64,000 nt of DNA, taken from contig CAVUPB010000008.1 in assembly GCA_963743275.1 (NCBI GenBank), forward strand, positions 330,794-394,793, read 5' to 3'. The DNA is from an uncultured Actinomycetes bacterium. Lineage in GTDB: Bacteria; Actinomycetota; Thermoleophilia; Gaiellales; JALYLC01. Positions 18,496-26,803 of this stretch are shown piece after piece. The notes under the pieces are model-generated. The model was not told the DNA's origin. It saw only the letters and a list, made by a program, of their open reading frames with translations, and made no database searches. The translations under genes were made by a program, and so were the position numbers. Within the stretch, counting starts at the first letter, position 1; the number at the start of each line of letters is the position of its first letter.

Positions 18496-19341
18496 ATGGC
18501 CGAGCTGCTGTCCTGGAGCGTCGAGCGAGACGGCGACGCCGTCATCGTCACGTGCCCGGAGCCGCTGCGCTACGCGAGCGAGAGCCCGCCCGAGTGGATG
18601 GGGAGGTGCGCATCCGCCCTGCGCGACGAGCTGCGGCGGCTCGAGATCGGCGACGGCACGATCCTCGAGGCGACGCTGACGGACGACCCGCCGCTTGGCG
18701 CCGATCTCGCGGACATCCTCCTCTCCACCGTCGGCGTGCCGGAATCCCAGGTGCACGCCGGGGTGCGGCTGCGGCGCAAGCCGGGCGCGGGCGGCGGCGT
18801 CAGCCAGCATTACCGGCGCCTGCCGGTCGCCGTCGCCGGGAGCGACGACGGCGAGCAGCCACTCGCCGCCGTCACCGTCGCCCTCGGCGACGGTCACGAG
18901 CTCGAGACGGCGCGCGAGGTGTGGCTCGCCGCGCGCCGGGCCGTGGTCGCCGCGCTCCCGGAAGGTCCGGCCGCGCCACCCGGCGCCATCGGCCTGCGCG
19001 TCCGCCTCACGACCGGCCCGGGCCGCCTGCGCGGCAGCGTCGACCTGATCAAGAAGCTGCTCGACGGCGCCTGCGCGTCGCTTCACGTCTACGCCGGCGC
19101 GAACCTCGGCGAGGTCGCGCAGCGCCTCGCGCGCGAGCTCGGCGAGGACGCCGAGGCGATGAGCTCGCTGGCGGCGTCGCCGCGCGGCGCGCTGCTCGGG
19201 CCCTGCGACTGCTTCCGGCTCGTCGGCGAGCGGGTGCAGGTGAGTCCCGCCGACGACCGCATCCGCGCTCTCGATGTGACCGTGCTGCCCGGCCCCGAGA
19301 TGCGCCTCGAGATCGAGCTGCGCGCGCTCCCGGCCGGGTGA
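18496..19341 (+). CDS. Hypothetical protein, no family recognised
   Basis: Track ORF of 281 aa, with codon-position GC bias consistent with coding. It begins 10 nt after the hydrolase stop. I recognise no motif securely. Confidence 0.5.
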   Translation: MAELLSWSVERDGDAVIVTCPEPLRYASESPPEWMGRCASALRDELRRLEIGDGTILEATLTDDPPLGADLADILLSTVGVPESQVHAGVRLRRKPGAGGGVSQHYRRLPVAVAGSDDGEQPLAAVTVALGDGHELETAREVWLAARRAVVAALPEGPAAPPGAIGLRVRLTTGPGRLRGSVDLIKKLLDGACASLHVYAGANLGEVAQRLARELGEDAEAMSSLAASPRGALLGPCDCFRLVGERVQVSPADDRIRALDVTVLPGPEMRLEIELRALPAG

Positions 19342-19344
19342 CGG

Positions 19345-20283
19345 CTACGTCGAGGAGGCCATCGTGAGGCGCTCCAGCTCGTCACGGCCGAGCGCGAGAT
19401 CGGCCATCGGCAGCAGCTCGGCGAGCTGCTCGGGCGTGCGCGCGCTGGCGATCGGCGCAACCACGGTGGGCTGCGCCGCCAGCCAGGCGAGCGCGACCGC
19501 GGAGACCGTCGTCCCGTGGTCGGCGGCGAGCGTGTCGAGGACGTCGAGGACGGCGAGCCCGCGCTCGTCGAGATAGCCGCGCGCGGCGCCCGCCCTGGGC
19601 GAGCCCGTGTCCGGGCCGCCGATGCGGTACTTGCCCGTGAGGAAGCCGCTCGCGAGAGCGAAGTACGGCAGGCAGCCGAGGCCCTCGCGCAGGCACAGAT
19701 CGGCGAGCGCGCCCTCGTAGCCGTTGCGGTGCATGAGGTTGTAGTGGGGCTGGACGGCGGCGTAGGCCGGCAGCTCGCTGTCGCGCGCCAGCGCGAGCGC
19801 CTCCGCCAGGCGTGGCGCGCTGTGGTTGGACGCGCCGATGTGCCGCACCTTGCCCTCGCGGATGAGCTCGCCGAAGGCAGCGAGCGTGTGCGCGAGCGGC
19901 GTCCGGTCGTCGTCGATGTGCGCGTAGTAGAGGTCGATGCGATCGGTGCCCAGGCGAGCGAGCGATGCCTCCGCGGCGCGGCGGATCGTCGCCGGCGAGA
20001 GTCCCTCGGCACCGGGTGCCTGGCCGACCTTCGTCGCGATCACCATGTCGTCGCGGTTGCCGCGCGCGGCCATCCAGTCGCCGATGATCGTCTCCGACTC
20101 TCCGCCCCGGTTGCCGGGCACCCACGAGGAGTAGCTGTCTGCCGTGTCGAGGAAGTTGCCGCCGGCGGCCGCGAAGGCGTCGAGCACCGCGAACGACTCC
20201 TCCTCGTTGATCGTCCACCCGAAGATGTTGGTGCCGAGGCAGAGCGGCGAGACCCTGAGATCCGTCGCTCCGATCGCCCGCAT
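19345..20283 (-). CDS. Aldo/keto reductase
   Basis: 312 aa: MRAIGATDLRVSPLCLGTNIFGW..FLDTADSYS..RIDLYYAH..IGASN. Its ATG overlaps the upstream MFS stop. Confidence 0.9.
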   Translation of the reverse strand: MRAIGATDLRVSPLCLGTNIFGWTINEEESFAVLDAFAAAGGNFLDTADSYSSWVPGNRGGESETIIGDWMAARGNRDDMVIATKVGQAPGAEGLSPATIRRAAEASLARLGTDRIDLYYAHIDDDRTPLAHTLAAFGELIREGKVRHIGASNHSAPRLAEALALARDSELPAYAAVQPHYNLMHRNGYEGALADLCLREGLGCLPYFALASGFLTGKYRIGGPDTGSPRAGAARGYLDERGLAVLDVLDTLAADHGTTVSAVALAWLAAQPTVVAPIASARTPEQLAELLPMADLALGRDELERLTMASST

Positions 20284-21743
20284 CACGCGACGCCCGCGGG
20301 CTCGCGCGCGTCTGCGGCCATGGTCTCGTGCGCGCTCACGGGCGCGTGCGACGTGCGCAGCAGCAGGGCGCCGATGACGGCGGCCCCGAGCGCGAACAAT
20401 GCGCCGACGAGGAAGGCCAGGTGGTAGCCGCCGGTCAGCGCGGCGAGGTGGCGCTCGCCCTCGGAGGTCAGCGTGTCGCTGCGCGACGCCGCGAGGCTCG
20501 CGAGCACTGCCAGGCCGAGCGCGCCGCCCATCATGAACGCGGTGTTGACGATGCCCGAGGCGAGTCCCGACTCCTCGGGCTCGACGTCGCTCATGGCCGC
20601 GAGCAGCACCGGGTTGAACGCGATGCCGGCGCCGAAGCCGAGCAGGATCATGCTCGGCAGCACGTCCATGACGTAGTGGCCGTGGACGGGAGCGCGCGCG
20701 AGCCAGAGCAGCCCGATCGCGGCCACGAGCAGGCCGGCCGCGAGCGGCGGCTTGATGCCGAAGCGCATCACGAGCTTCGCGGAGACGCTCACCGACAGGA
20801 CGCCCATGACGATGTTGCCCGCCAGGAAGGCGAGCCCGACCTTGAGCGGGCTGTAGCCGAGCACGAGCTGCAGGTAGAGCGCCGAGAGGAAGAACCAGGC
20901 GAACATCGCTGCGGCCCACAGCACGGCGACGGTGTTCGCGATCGCGACGTTGCGCTTGCGGATCAGGCCGAGCGGCATGAGCGGCGAGCGTACGCGCGCC
21001 TCGATCGTGAGGAAGGCGCCCAGCAGCAGGACGGCGACGGCGAGCAGGCCGAGCGTCCGGCCGGACAGCCAGCCCTCCTGGTTGCCGTTGACGATCGCGT
21101 AGACGGCGAGCATCAGGGCCGCGGTCACCGTGACCGCGCCCGCGACGTCGAGCTTCGCCTCCGACTTCTGTCCGTGGCCCGCGGGCAGCAGCCGCAGCGA
21201 CAGCGCGACGACGATGAAGCCGATCGGGATGTTGACGAGGAAGATCCAGTGCCAGTCGAGCACGTCGGTGAGCACCCCGCCGAGCAGCACGCCGATCGAC
21301 CCGCCGCCCGAGGCGACGAAGCCGAAGATGCCCATCGCCTTGGCGCGCTCGGCGGGCTCGGTGAAGAGGTTCATCGTCAGCGACAGCGACACGGCCGATG
21401 CGACCGCACCGCCGAGGCCCTGCACGGCGCGCGCCGTGATCAGCGATTCCTGCGAGGTCGAGAGCCCGCAGGCCAGCGACGCGAGCGTGAAGAACGCGAT
21501 GCCGCCCAGGAACAGGCGGCGATGCCCGTAGAGGTCGCCGAGGCGACCGCCCAGCAGCAGGAAGCCGCCGAACGTCAGCAGGTACGCATTGACGACCCAC
21601 GCCAGGGACGTCTCGGAGAAGCCGAGATCGCTGCGGATCGAAGGCAGCGCGACGTTGACGATCGTCGAGTCGAGAACGATCATGAGCGTGCCGAGACAGA
21701 GAACGATCAGCGCGTACCAGCGTGTGCGACTGTCCAACGTCAT
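20283..21743 (-). CDS. MFS transporter, DHA2 (EmrB/QacA-like, 14-TMS) family
   Basis: Track ORF of 486 aa: ..LMIVLDSTIVNVALPSI..GGRLGDLYGHRR. Confidence 0.9.
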   Translation of the reverse strand: MTLDSRTRWYALIVLCLGTLMIVLDSTIVNVALPSIRSDLGFSETSLAWVVNAYLLTFGGFLLLGGRLGDLYGHRRLFLGGIAFFTLASLACGLSTSQESLITARAVQGLGGAVASAVSLSLTMNLFTEPAERAKAMGIFGFVASGGGSIGVLLGGVLTDVLDWHWIFLVNIPIGFIVVALSLRLLPAGHGQKSEAKLDVAGAVTVTAALMLAVYAIVNGNQEGWLSGRTLGLLAVAVLLLGAFLTIEARVRSPLMPLGLIRKRNVAIANTVAVLWAAAMFAWFFLSALYLQLVLGYSPLKVGLAFLAGNIVMGVLSVSVSAKLVMRFGIKPPLAAGLLVAAIGLLWLARAPVHGHYVMDVLPSMILLGFGAGIAFNPVLLAAMSDVEPEESGLASGIVNTAFMMGGALGLAVLASLAASRSDTLTSEGERHLAALTGGYHLAFLVGALFALGAAVIGALLLRTSHAPVSAHETMAADAREPAGVA

Positions 21744-21798
21744 TCGGGCGGTTCCTTTCGTGAGCGCGGTTCGCAGGTTTGACCGGCTCCCTTGGGAG

Positions 21799-21833
21799 AA
21801 CTCATCGGTGGCCGACGGGATTCCCGATGAGTT
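21799..21833. promoter_or_regulatory. Inverted repeat upstream of the MFS gene / STAS-like ORF
   Basis: AACTCATCGG (21799-21808) and CCGATGAGTT (21824-21833), perfect 10-bp arms with a 15-nt spacer. Confidence 0.25.
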
Positions 21834-21861
21834 TCGCTGCGATCGCCCGTCTTATGCGTAG

Positions 21862-22134
21862 ATGACGGGGCAACGTCCGAGGGAGATCATCTGCGACGCC
21901 GCCGTGCTCGCGCCGGATGTCGGCTCGGTCGACATCCTCGCGCGCCTGCAGCTGAGCGCCCGGCGAGAGGGTCTCGACCTGCGCCTGCACGGCGTCTCGC
22001 GCGAGCTCCAGGATCTGCTCGCGTTCATCGGACTGGCGGGCGTCCTAGGCGTCGAGGCGGGGCGGAAGGCCGAAGAGCGGGAAGAGCGTCTCGGTGTCGA
22101 GGAAGAACGTCATCTCGACGATCCGGCCGTCTGA
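21862..22134 (+). CDS. Short STAS-like protein (C-terminal half of an anti-sigma antagonist fold)
   Basis: 90 aa: ..ICDAAVLAPDVGSVDILARLQLSARREGLDLRLHGVSRELQDLLAFIGL.. is STAS-like. There is a TAG immediately upstream of the ATG. The 3' end overlaps the convergent sigma gene by 90 nt. Confidence 0.45.
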   Translation: MTGQRPREIICDAAVLAPDVGSVDILARLQLSARREGLDLRLHGVSRELQDLLAFIGLAGVLGVEAGRKAEEREERLGVEEERHLDDPAV

Positions 22135-23127
22135 GATCTCGAGCACCTGCAGCGCCCACGGCTCGTAGCCGGCGCCCGTGCGGCTCGGCTTGTACTGCCC
22201 GAAGGCCGGCGACCCGTTGGCCGCCATGGCGGGGATGACGCGCGACCCGGCGCACTCGATGCCCGGGCCGAACCACCAGGTGAGGATGTCCGCGCGGCCG
22301 GTGAGCCAGAGGTCGTACGGCGGCATCGACTGGGTCGCGTCCTCGCGGATCAGCGCCGTGAGGGCGTCCATGTCGTAGCGCTCGAACGCCGCGACATAGC
22401 GGGCCAGCAGCTCGCGATCGGCCTCGTCGAGCGCCGGCGCGGGATCGGTCGCGCTGACCCTGCCGGCCTCGAGCGTCGCGCGCGCCCGCTGCAGCGCGCT
22501 GTTGACCGACGCGACGCTCGTGTCGAGCAGCTCGGCGACCTCGCTCGCCTTCCAGCGCAGCACCTCGCACAGGATCAGCACCGCGCGCTGCCGCGGCGGC
22601 AGGTGCTGGAGCGCGGCCACGAAGGCGAGGCGGATCGTCTCGCGGCCGACCGCCACGTCGGCCGGGTCGCCGTCCGGCGCGACGAGGCCGTCGGGGATCG
22701 GCTGGATCCACGTCGTCTCGGGAAGGATGTTGAGATTCGCGGCCTCGGGAGCCCGCGAGGGGCCGAGATCCATCGGCGTGGCGCGCCGCTCGCGGCTGCC
22801 GAGCATGTCGAGGCACACGTTCGTGGCGATGCGGTAGAGCCACGAGCGCAGCGCAGCCCGGCCTTCGAAGCGGTCGTAGCTGCGCCACGCGCGGATGAAC
22901 GTCTCCTGGACCGCGTCCTCGGCCTCGAACGGCGACGCGAGCATGCGGTAGCAGTACGCGGTCAGCTCGGAGCGATGCCCCTCGAGGCGGCCCTCCAGCT
23001 CGTCGGCCGCGGGCTTCGCCGTGGAGGACGATTCCTGCACGGCGCTCATGCTACGGGCTCGTCCAGGCTCCGCACAATGACGGTCCCGCTCACAGGCCCG
23101 CGAGGCGCTCGCGAGGCGCTCGTACAT
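22045..23127 (-). CDS. ECF41-like sigma-70 family factor with a C-terminal SnoaL/NTF2-like extension
   Basis: ..HRSELTAYCYRMLASPFEAEDAVQETFIRAWR.. (region 2), ..RQRAVLILCEVLRWKASEVAELLDTSVASVNSALQRAR (region 4), then a ~130-aa extension. ATG 23127 has a GAGGAAG RBS; ATG 23049 is the alternative. Confidence 0.85.
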   Translation of the reverse strand: MYERLASASRACERDRHCAEPGRARSMSAVQESSSTAKPAADELEGRLEGHRSELTAYCYRMLASPFEAEDAVQETFIRAWRSYDRFEGRAALRSWLYRIATNVCLDMLGSRERRATPMDLGPSRAPEAANLNILPETTWIQPIPDGLVAPDGDPADVAVGRETIRLAFVAALQHLPPRQRAVLILCEVLRWKASEVAELLDTSVASVNSALQRARATLEAGRVSATDPAPALDEADRELLARYVAAFERYDMDALTALIREDATQSMPPYDLWLTGRADILTWWFGPGIECAGSRVIPAMAANGSPAFGQYKPSRTGAGYEPWALQVLEISDGRIVEMTFFLDTETLFPLFGLPPRLDA

Positions 23128-23156
23128 GTCGTCTTCCTCTCGGATTCGTCGGGGGC

Positions 23157-23645
23157 CTAGCCGGCGAGCGTGGCGCCGGTCTCGAGGAACGTCTTCAGGT
23201 CGCTGAGCACGTACGGCCAGCCGCCGCCCATCTCGGGCACGGAGCCGCCGACGAGGCCTGCCGTGAGCGGGGCGCCGCCGAGCTCGTGGGTCAGCGTGAC
23301 CTTGGCGATGCCGTTCTCCTCGGCGATCTCCCACCGGAGCCGCGTCGGCGCCTCCTCCGTGATCGGCGTCCCGAAGAGCGGGTTCCACGTCTGCGCGAGC
23401 GTGTGCGGCGCCTCGGCCTCGAGCACCTCGCCCTCGATCAGCGGGTCGGGCGCGCCCGCCATGGCCTCGCCCGGGTGGGCCACGAACGCGCCGCCGGGAC
23501 GGAGCTCGTACTCGACGCGGCCCTTGTAGCCGTAGCGGTCCGTCTGGTCGGGATTCGTGATCGCATCCCAGACGGCGGCCGGAGAGGCCTTGATGTAGAC
23601 CGTGTAGGTCTGCGTGGCGACGGCGTTCTCGGTCGTGGTCGACAT
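23157..23645 (-). CDS. SRPBCC (Aha1/START-like) domain protein
   Basis: Track ORF of 162 aa: ..YIKASPAAVWDAITNPDQTDRY.. It lies directly upstream of the sigma gene on the same strand. Confidence 0.75.
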   Translation of the reverse strand: MSTTTENAVATQTYTVYIKASPAAVWDAITNPDQTDRYGYKGRVEYELRPGGAFVAHPGEAMAGAPDPLIEGEVLEAEAPHTLAQTWNPLFGTPITEEAPTRLRWEIAEENGIAKVTLTHELGGAPLTAGLVGGSVPEMGGGWPYVLSDLKTFLETGATLAG

Positions 23646-23731
23646 GGCCTGCTCCTTGGGTCGCGTTGACGGTCTCGGGGCATAGACCGAGCGGCGCCGC
23701 AGAACTCATCGCACGTCGTCATCCTGCCGTG

Positions 23732-24850
23732 ATGGCCGCCTCCGAGATAGGGCTCCGGCGGCTGGCGAGCCAGCGGATCGCAACGCGCCGCCTGCCCCGG
23801 CCCGCCGACGTCGTGCGCTGGCTGGGAGCCGTTCAGGCGCAGGACTACCACCAGTCGCTGTGGGCGATCGGCGCGCGCATGCGCAGCGGCAGCGCGCAGA
23901 AGGTCGAGCGCGCGATCGAGCAGCGCGAGATCGTGCGCACCTGGCTCCTGCGCGGCACGATCCATTTCGCCGCGCCGGAGGACGTGCGCTTCCTGCTCGC
24001 GCTGTGCGCTCCCCGCCTCGCCACCGCGGAGGCCCGGCGCGCGGCGCAGCTCGGGCTCACGGCGGCCGATCTCGAGCGCAGCGCGGAGACGCTGCGGGCA
24101 GAGCTCTCGGGCGATCGCCGGCTCAGCCGTCCCGAGGTGATGGCGGCGCTCGAGGGCGCCGGCGTCGCGACGACCGGCCAGCGCGGCTACCACATCCTCG
24201 CGAGGCTCGCCCGGGACGCGCTCATCTGCATCGGGCCGATGCAGGGCAGGCAGCCGACCTTCGTCCTGCTCGACGACTGGGCGCCGCGCAGCGGCTCCCG
24301 CGAGCTCACGGGCGAGCAGGCGCTGGCCGACGTCGCGGCCCGCTTCGCCGCGAGCCGCGGCCCCGTGACCGACCGCGACCTCGCGCGCTGGGCGGGAATC
24401 CCGCTCGCCGACGCACGCCGCGGCCTGCGCAGCGCGTCGGCGCCGGCGCTCGCCACGCGCACGCTCGACGGCGCCGAGTACTGGTTCGCCGCCGGGCAGG
24501 AGCGCGCGCCGATCGCGCGCGCCGGACGCGACCGGACCTATCTCCTGGCCGGGTTCGACGAGTTCGTCCTCGGGTACGGGAACCGCGACGCGCAGCTGGC
24601 GCCCGAGCACTCCGACCGTGTCGTGCCCGGCGCCAACGGCGTCTTCAAGCCGCTCGTCGTCTCGGGCGGACAGGTCGTGGGCACGTGGGCGCGGAGCGCG
24701 CGCCGCGGCGAGCTGACGATCGCGCTGGAGCCGTTCACGGGAAGCGCCGCGACGCTCGCGACGCAGGTGCGCGCCGAGGCGCAGCGCTACCGCGCCTTCC
24801 TCGGCCTCCCGGCGTCCACCTCGCTCGTGCTCGCCGGGACCGGCCTCTAG
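23732..24850 (+). CDS. Winged-helix DNA-binding protein, AlkZ/YcaQ-like DNA glycosylase family (DUF1006)
   Basis: ..LGAVQAQDYHQSLWAI..VRTWLLRGTIHF..LLAGFDEFVLGY.. ATG 23732 is in frame with track ORF 23666..24850. Confidence 0.75.
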   Translation: MAASEIGLRRLASQRIATRRLPRPADVVRWLGAVQAQDYHQSLWAIGARMRSGSAQKVERAIEQREIVRTWLLRGTIHFAAPEDVRFLLALCAPRLATAEARRAAQLGLTAADLERSAETLRAELSGDRRLSRPEVMAALEGAGVATTGQRGYHILARLARDALICIGPMQGRQPTFVLLDDWAPRSGSRELTGEQALADVAARFAASRGPVTDRDLARWAGIPLADARRGLRSASAPALATRTLDGAEYWFAAGQERAPIARAGRDRTYLLAGFDEFVLGYGNRDAQLAPEHSDRVVPGANGVFKPLVVSGGQVVGTWARSARRGELTIALEPFTGSAATLATQVRAEAQRYRAFLGLPASTSLVLAGTGL

Positions 24851-26190
24851 TGCGCACCGCCGTCGTCCTCTTCACGCGCGACCTGCGCGTGCACGACCAG
24901 CCGGCCCTCGCCGCGGCCGTCGCGGCGGCCGAGCGCGTCGTGCCGCTCTTCGTCCTCGACGCCGCCGTCCTCGCGCGCTTCGGTGCCCCCAACCGGGTGG
25001 CCTTCCTGCTCGACGCGCTGGCCGATCTGGACGCTTCGCTGCGCGCCCGCGGCGGCGCGCTCTTCCTGCGCGAGGGCGCCGTCGTCGAGGAGGCGCTGCG
25101 CGTCGCGCGTGAGAGCGGCGCCGAGGCGCTCTTCATGAGCGAGGACGTGAGCGCGTACGCGCAGGCCCGTGAGCGGCGGCTGCGCGCAGCCTGCGCCGCC
25201 GAGCGCCTGGCGCTGCACGTGCTACCCGGCGTGACCGCGATCCCGCCCGGCGACCTCGCTCCCGAGGGCGCCGACTGCTACCGCGTGTTCACGCCGTACT
25301 GGCGGCGCTGGCACCTGGCGGCGCGCCGCGCGCAGGCGGCGACGCCGAGGCGGATCGAGGTCCCGGGACGGCTCGCGCGCGGACGCCGTCCGGCGGCGGC
25401 GCGCCTCGTCCGCGGCACGCCGTCGCCGGAGCTGCCGCCCGGAGGCGAGACGGAGGCCCGCCGCCGCCTCACGGGCTGGCTCGCCCGCGGGCTCGCGGAC
25501 TACGACCGGCTGCACGACGACCTCGCCGCCGACGGCACCTCGCGCCTCGGCGCGCACCTGCACTTCGGCTGCCTCTCGCCGCTCGAGGTGGTCGAGCGCG
25601 CGCACGGCCGCGAGGGTGCCGAGCCGTTCCAGCGCCAGCTCTGCTGGCGTGACTTCTACGCCCAGCTGCTGGCGGCGCGGCCCGAGATCGCGCACGACGA
25701 CTTCCGCCCGCGCGGCCACCGCTGGCGCAGCGACCGCGCAGCGCTGGCGGCGTGGCGGGAGGGTCGCACCGGCTATCCGGTCATCGACGCCGGCATGCGC
25801 CAGCTCGCGCGCGAGGGCTTCATGCACAATCGCGCCCGGCTGCTCACGGCCTCGTTCCTGACGAAGGACCTGTACCTCGACTGGCGGCTCGGCGCCGCGC
25901 ACTTCGCCGCTCTGCTCGTCGACGGCGACGTGGCGAGCAACTCCGGCAACTGGCAGTGGGTCGCGGGGACCGGCGTCGACACGCGCCCGAACCGCGTCTT
26001 CAACCCGATCGCGCAGGCGAAGCGCTTCGATCCGGGCGGCGACTACGTGCGGCGCTACGTCCCCGAGCTCGCCGGCATCGCCGGCCCCGCCGTGCACGAG
26101 CCATGGAAGCTCGCGCGCCCGCCGCGCGGGTATCCGAAACCGATCGTCGACCACGGCGAGGCGGTGGCGCGGCTGCGGGCGCTGCGGTAA
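24850..26190 (+). CDS. phr: Deoxyribodipyrimidine photolyase
   Basis: GTG 24850 overlaps the preceding TAG by 1 nt. ..VVLFTRDLRVHDQPAL.., TGYPVIDAGMRQL, GFMHNRARLLTASFLTKDL, NWQWVAGTG. Confidence 0.9.
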   Translation: MRTAVVLFTRDLRVHDQPALAAAVAAAERVVPLFVLDAAVLARFGAPNRVAFLLDALADLDASLRARGGALFLREGAVVEEALRVARESGAEALFMSEDVSAYAQARERRLRAACAAERLALHVLPGVTAIPPGDLAPEGADCYRVFTPYWRRWHLAARRAQAATPRRIEVPGRLARGRRPAAARLVRGTPSPELPPGGETEARRRLTGWLARGLADYDRLHDDLAADGTSRLGAHLHFGCLSPLEVVERAHGREGAEPFQRQLCWRDFYAQLLAARPEIAHDDFRPRGHRWRSDRAALAAWREGRTGYPVIDAGMRQLAREGFMHNRARLLTASFLTKDLYLDWRLGAAHFAALLVDGDVASNSGNWQWVAGTGVDTRPNRVFNPIAQAKRFDPGGDYVRRYVPELAGIAGPAVHEPWKLARPPRGYPKPIVDHGEAVARLRALR

Positions 26191-26200
26191 TACTCGGCGC

Positions 26201-26623
26201 ATGACGTTCCCCGCGCCGGCGCGGCAGCTCCTGCGGGCCAAGGACCTCGCCGACGCGCGCTACGCGGAGCCGCTCGACGTCGCGGCGCTCGCGCGCGCGG
26301 CGCGCCTCTCGCCTGCGCACTTCAGCCGCGAGTTCCGGCGCACGTTCGGCGAATCGCCGCACCAGTACCTGCTCACGCGCCGGCTCGAGCGCGCGGCCGC
26401 GCTGCTGCGCTCGACCGACCGCTCGGTCGCCGACATCTGCTTCACCGTCGGGCTGCACAGCGTCGGGTCGTTCACGACGAGCTTCCGCCGCGCCTACGGG
26501 AAGTCGCCGACCGCCTACCGGGCGTCGTACCCGCCCGCTGCCGACCGGGCGCGCGTGCCGACGTGCGTCCTGCGTGCGTGGGCCCGGCCCCAATCCGGCA
26601 CTTTTCGAGAAGAGCGAATGTAA
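26201..26623 (+). CDS. AraC-type HTH transcriptional regulator (DNA-binding domain only)
   Basis: Track ORF of 140 aa: ..LSPAHFSREFRRTFGESPHQYLLTRRLERAAALL..VADICFTVGLHSVGSFTTSFRRAYGKSP. Confidence 0.8.
   Translation: MTFPAPARQLLRAKDLADARYAEPLDVAALARAARLSPAHFSREFRRTFGESPHQYLLTRRLERAAALLRSTDRSVADICFTVGLHSVGSFTTSFRRAYGKSPTAYRASYPPAADRARVPTCVLRAWARPQSGTFREERM
26598..26613 (+). repeat. Direct repeat copy A (GCACtTTTCGAGAAGA) at the 3' end of the AraC-type gene
   Basis: 15 of 16 nt are identical to 28275-28290, and the flanks show weaker similarity. Confidence 0.6.
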
Positions 26624-26803
26624 GGCGGAGCGCTGTCGCCGAGGCGGCTACGCCCCGCTCTCCATTTCCAATGTATACCAGGCACGGGGCCTTCATGAGG
26701 CCGTGGATCGTGCCCTACAACTGCCGGCCGAGAGCAGAACCGATGGCATTCGGAGTCGCGAGACGCGTGTGTCGTCGTCGACGTATCCGACGGGAGTGTG
26801 GCA

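Noticed and set aside
18496-19341. RusA-like Holliday junction resolvase assignment for the hypothetical protein
   Set aside because: Only a loose D-L-x-K-x-L-D and DDxI resemblance exists. The two motifs are about 65 residues apart, against about 10 in RusA, and the protein is more than twice the RusA length.
26624-26797. Possible regulator gene remnant or small RNA in the monooxygenase leader
   Set aside because: No frame on either strand gave a recognisable HTH or other motif, and only weak short hairpins are present. I kept it as part of the inserted cassette.
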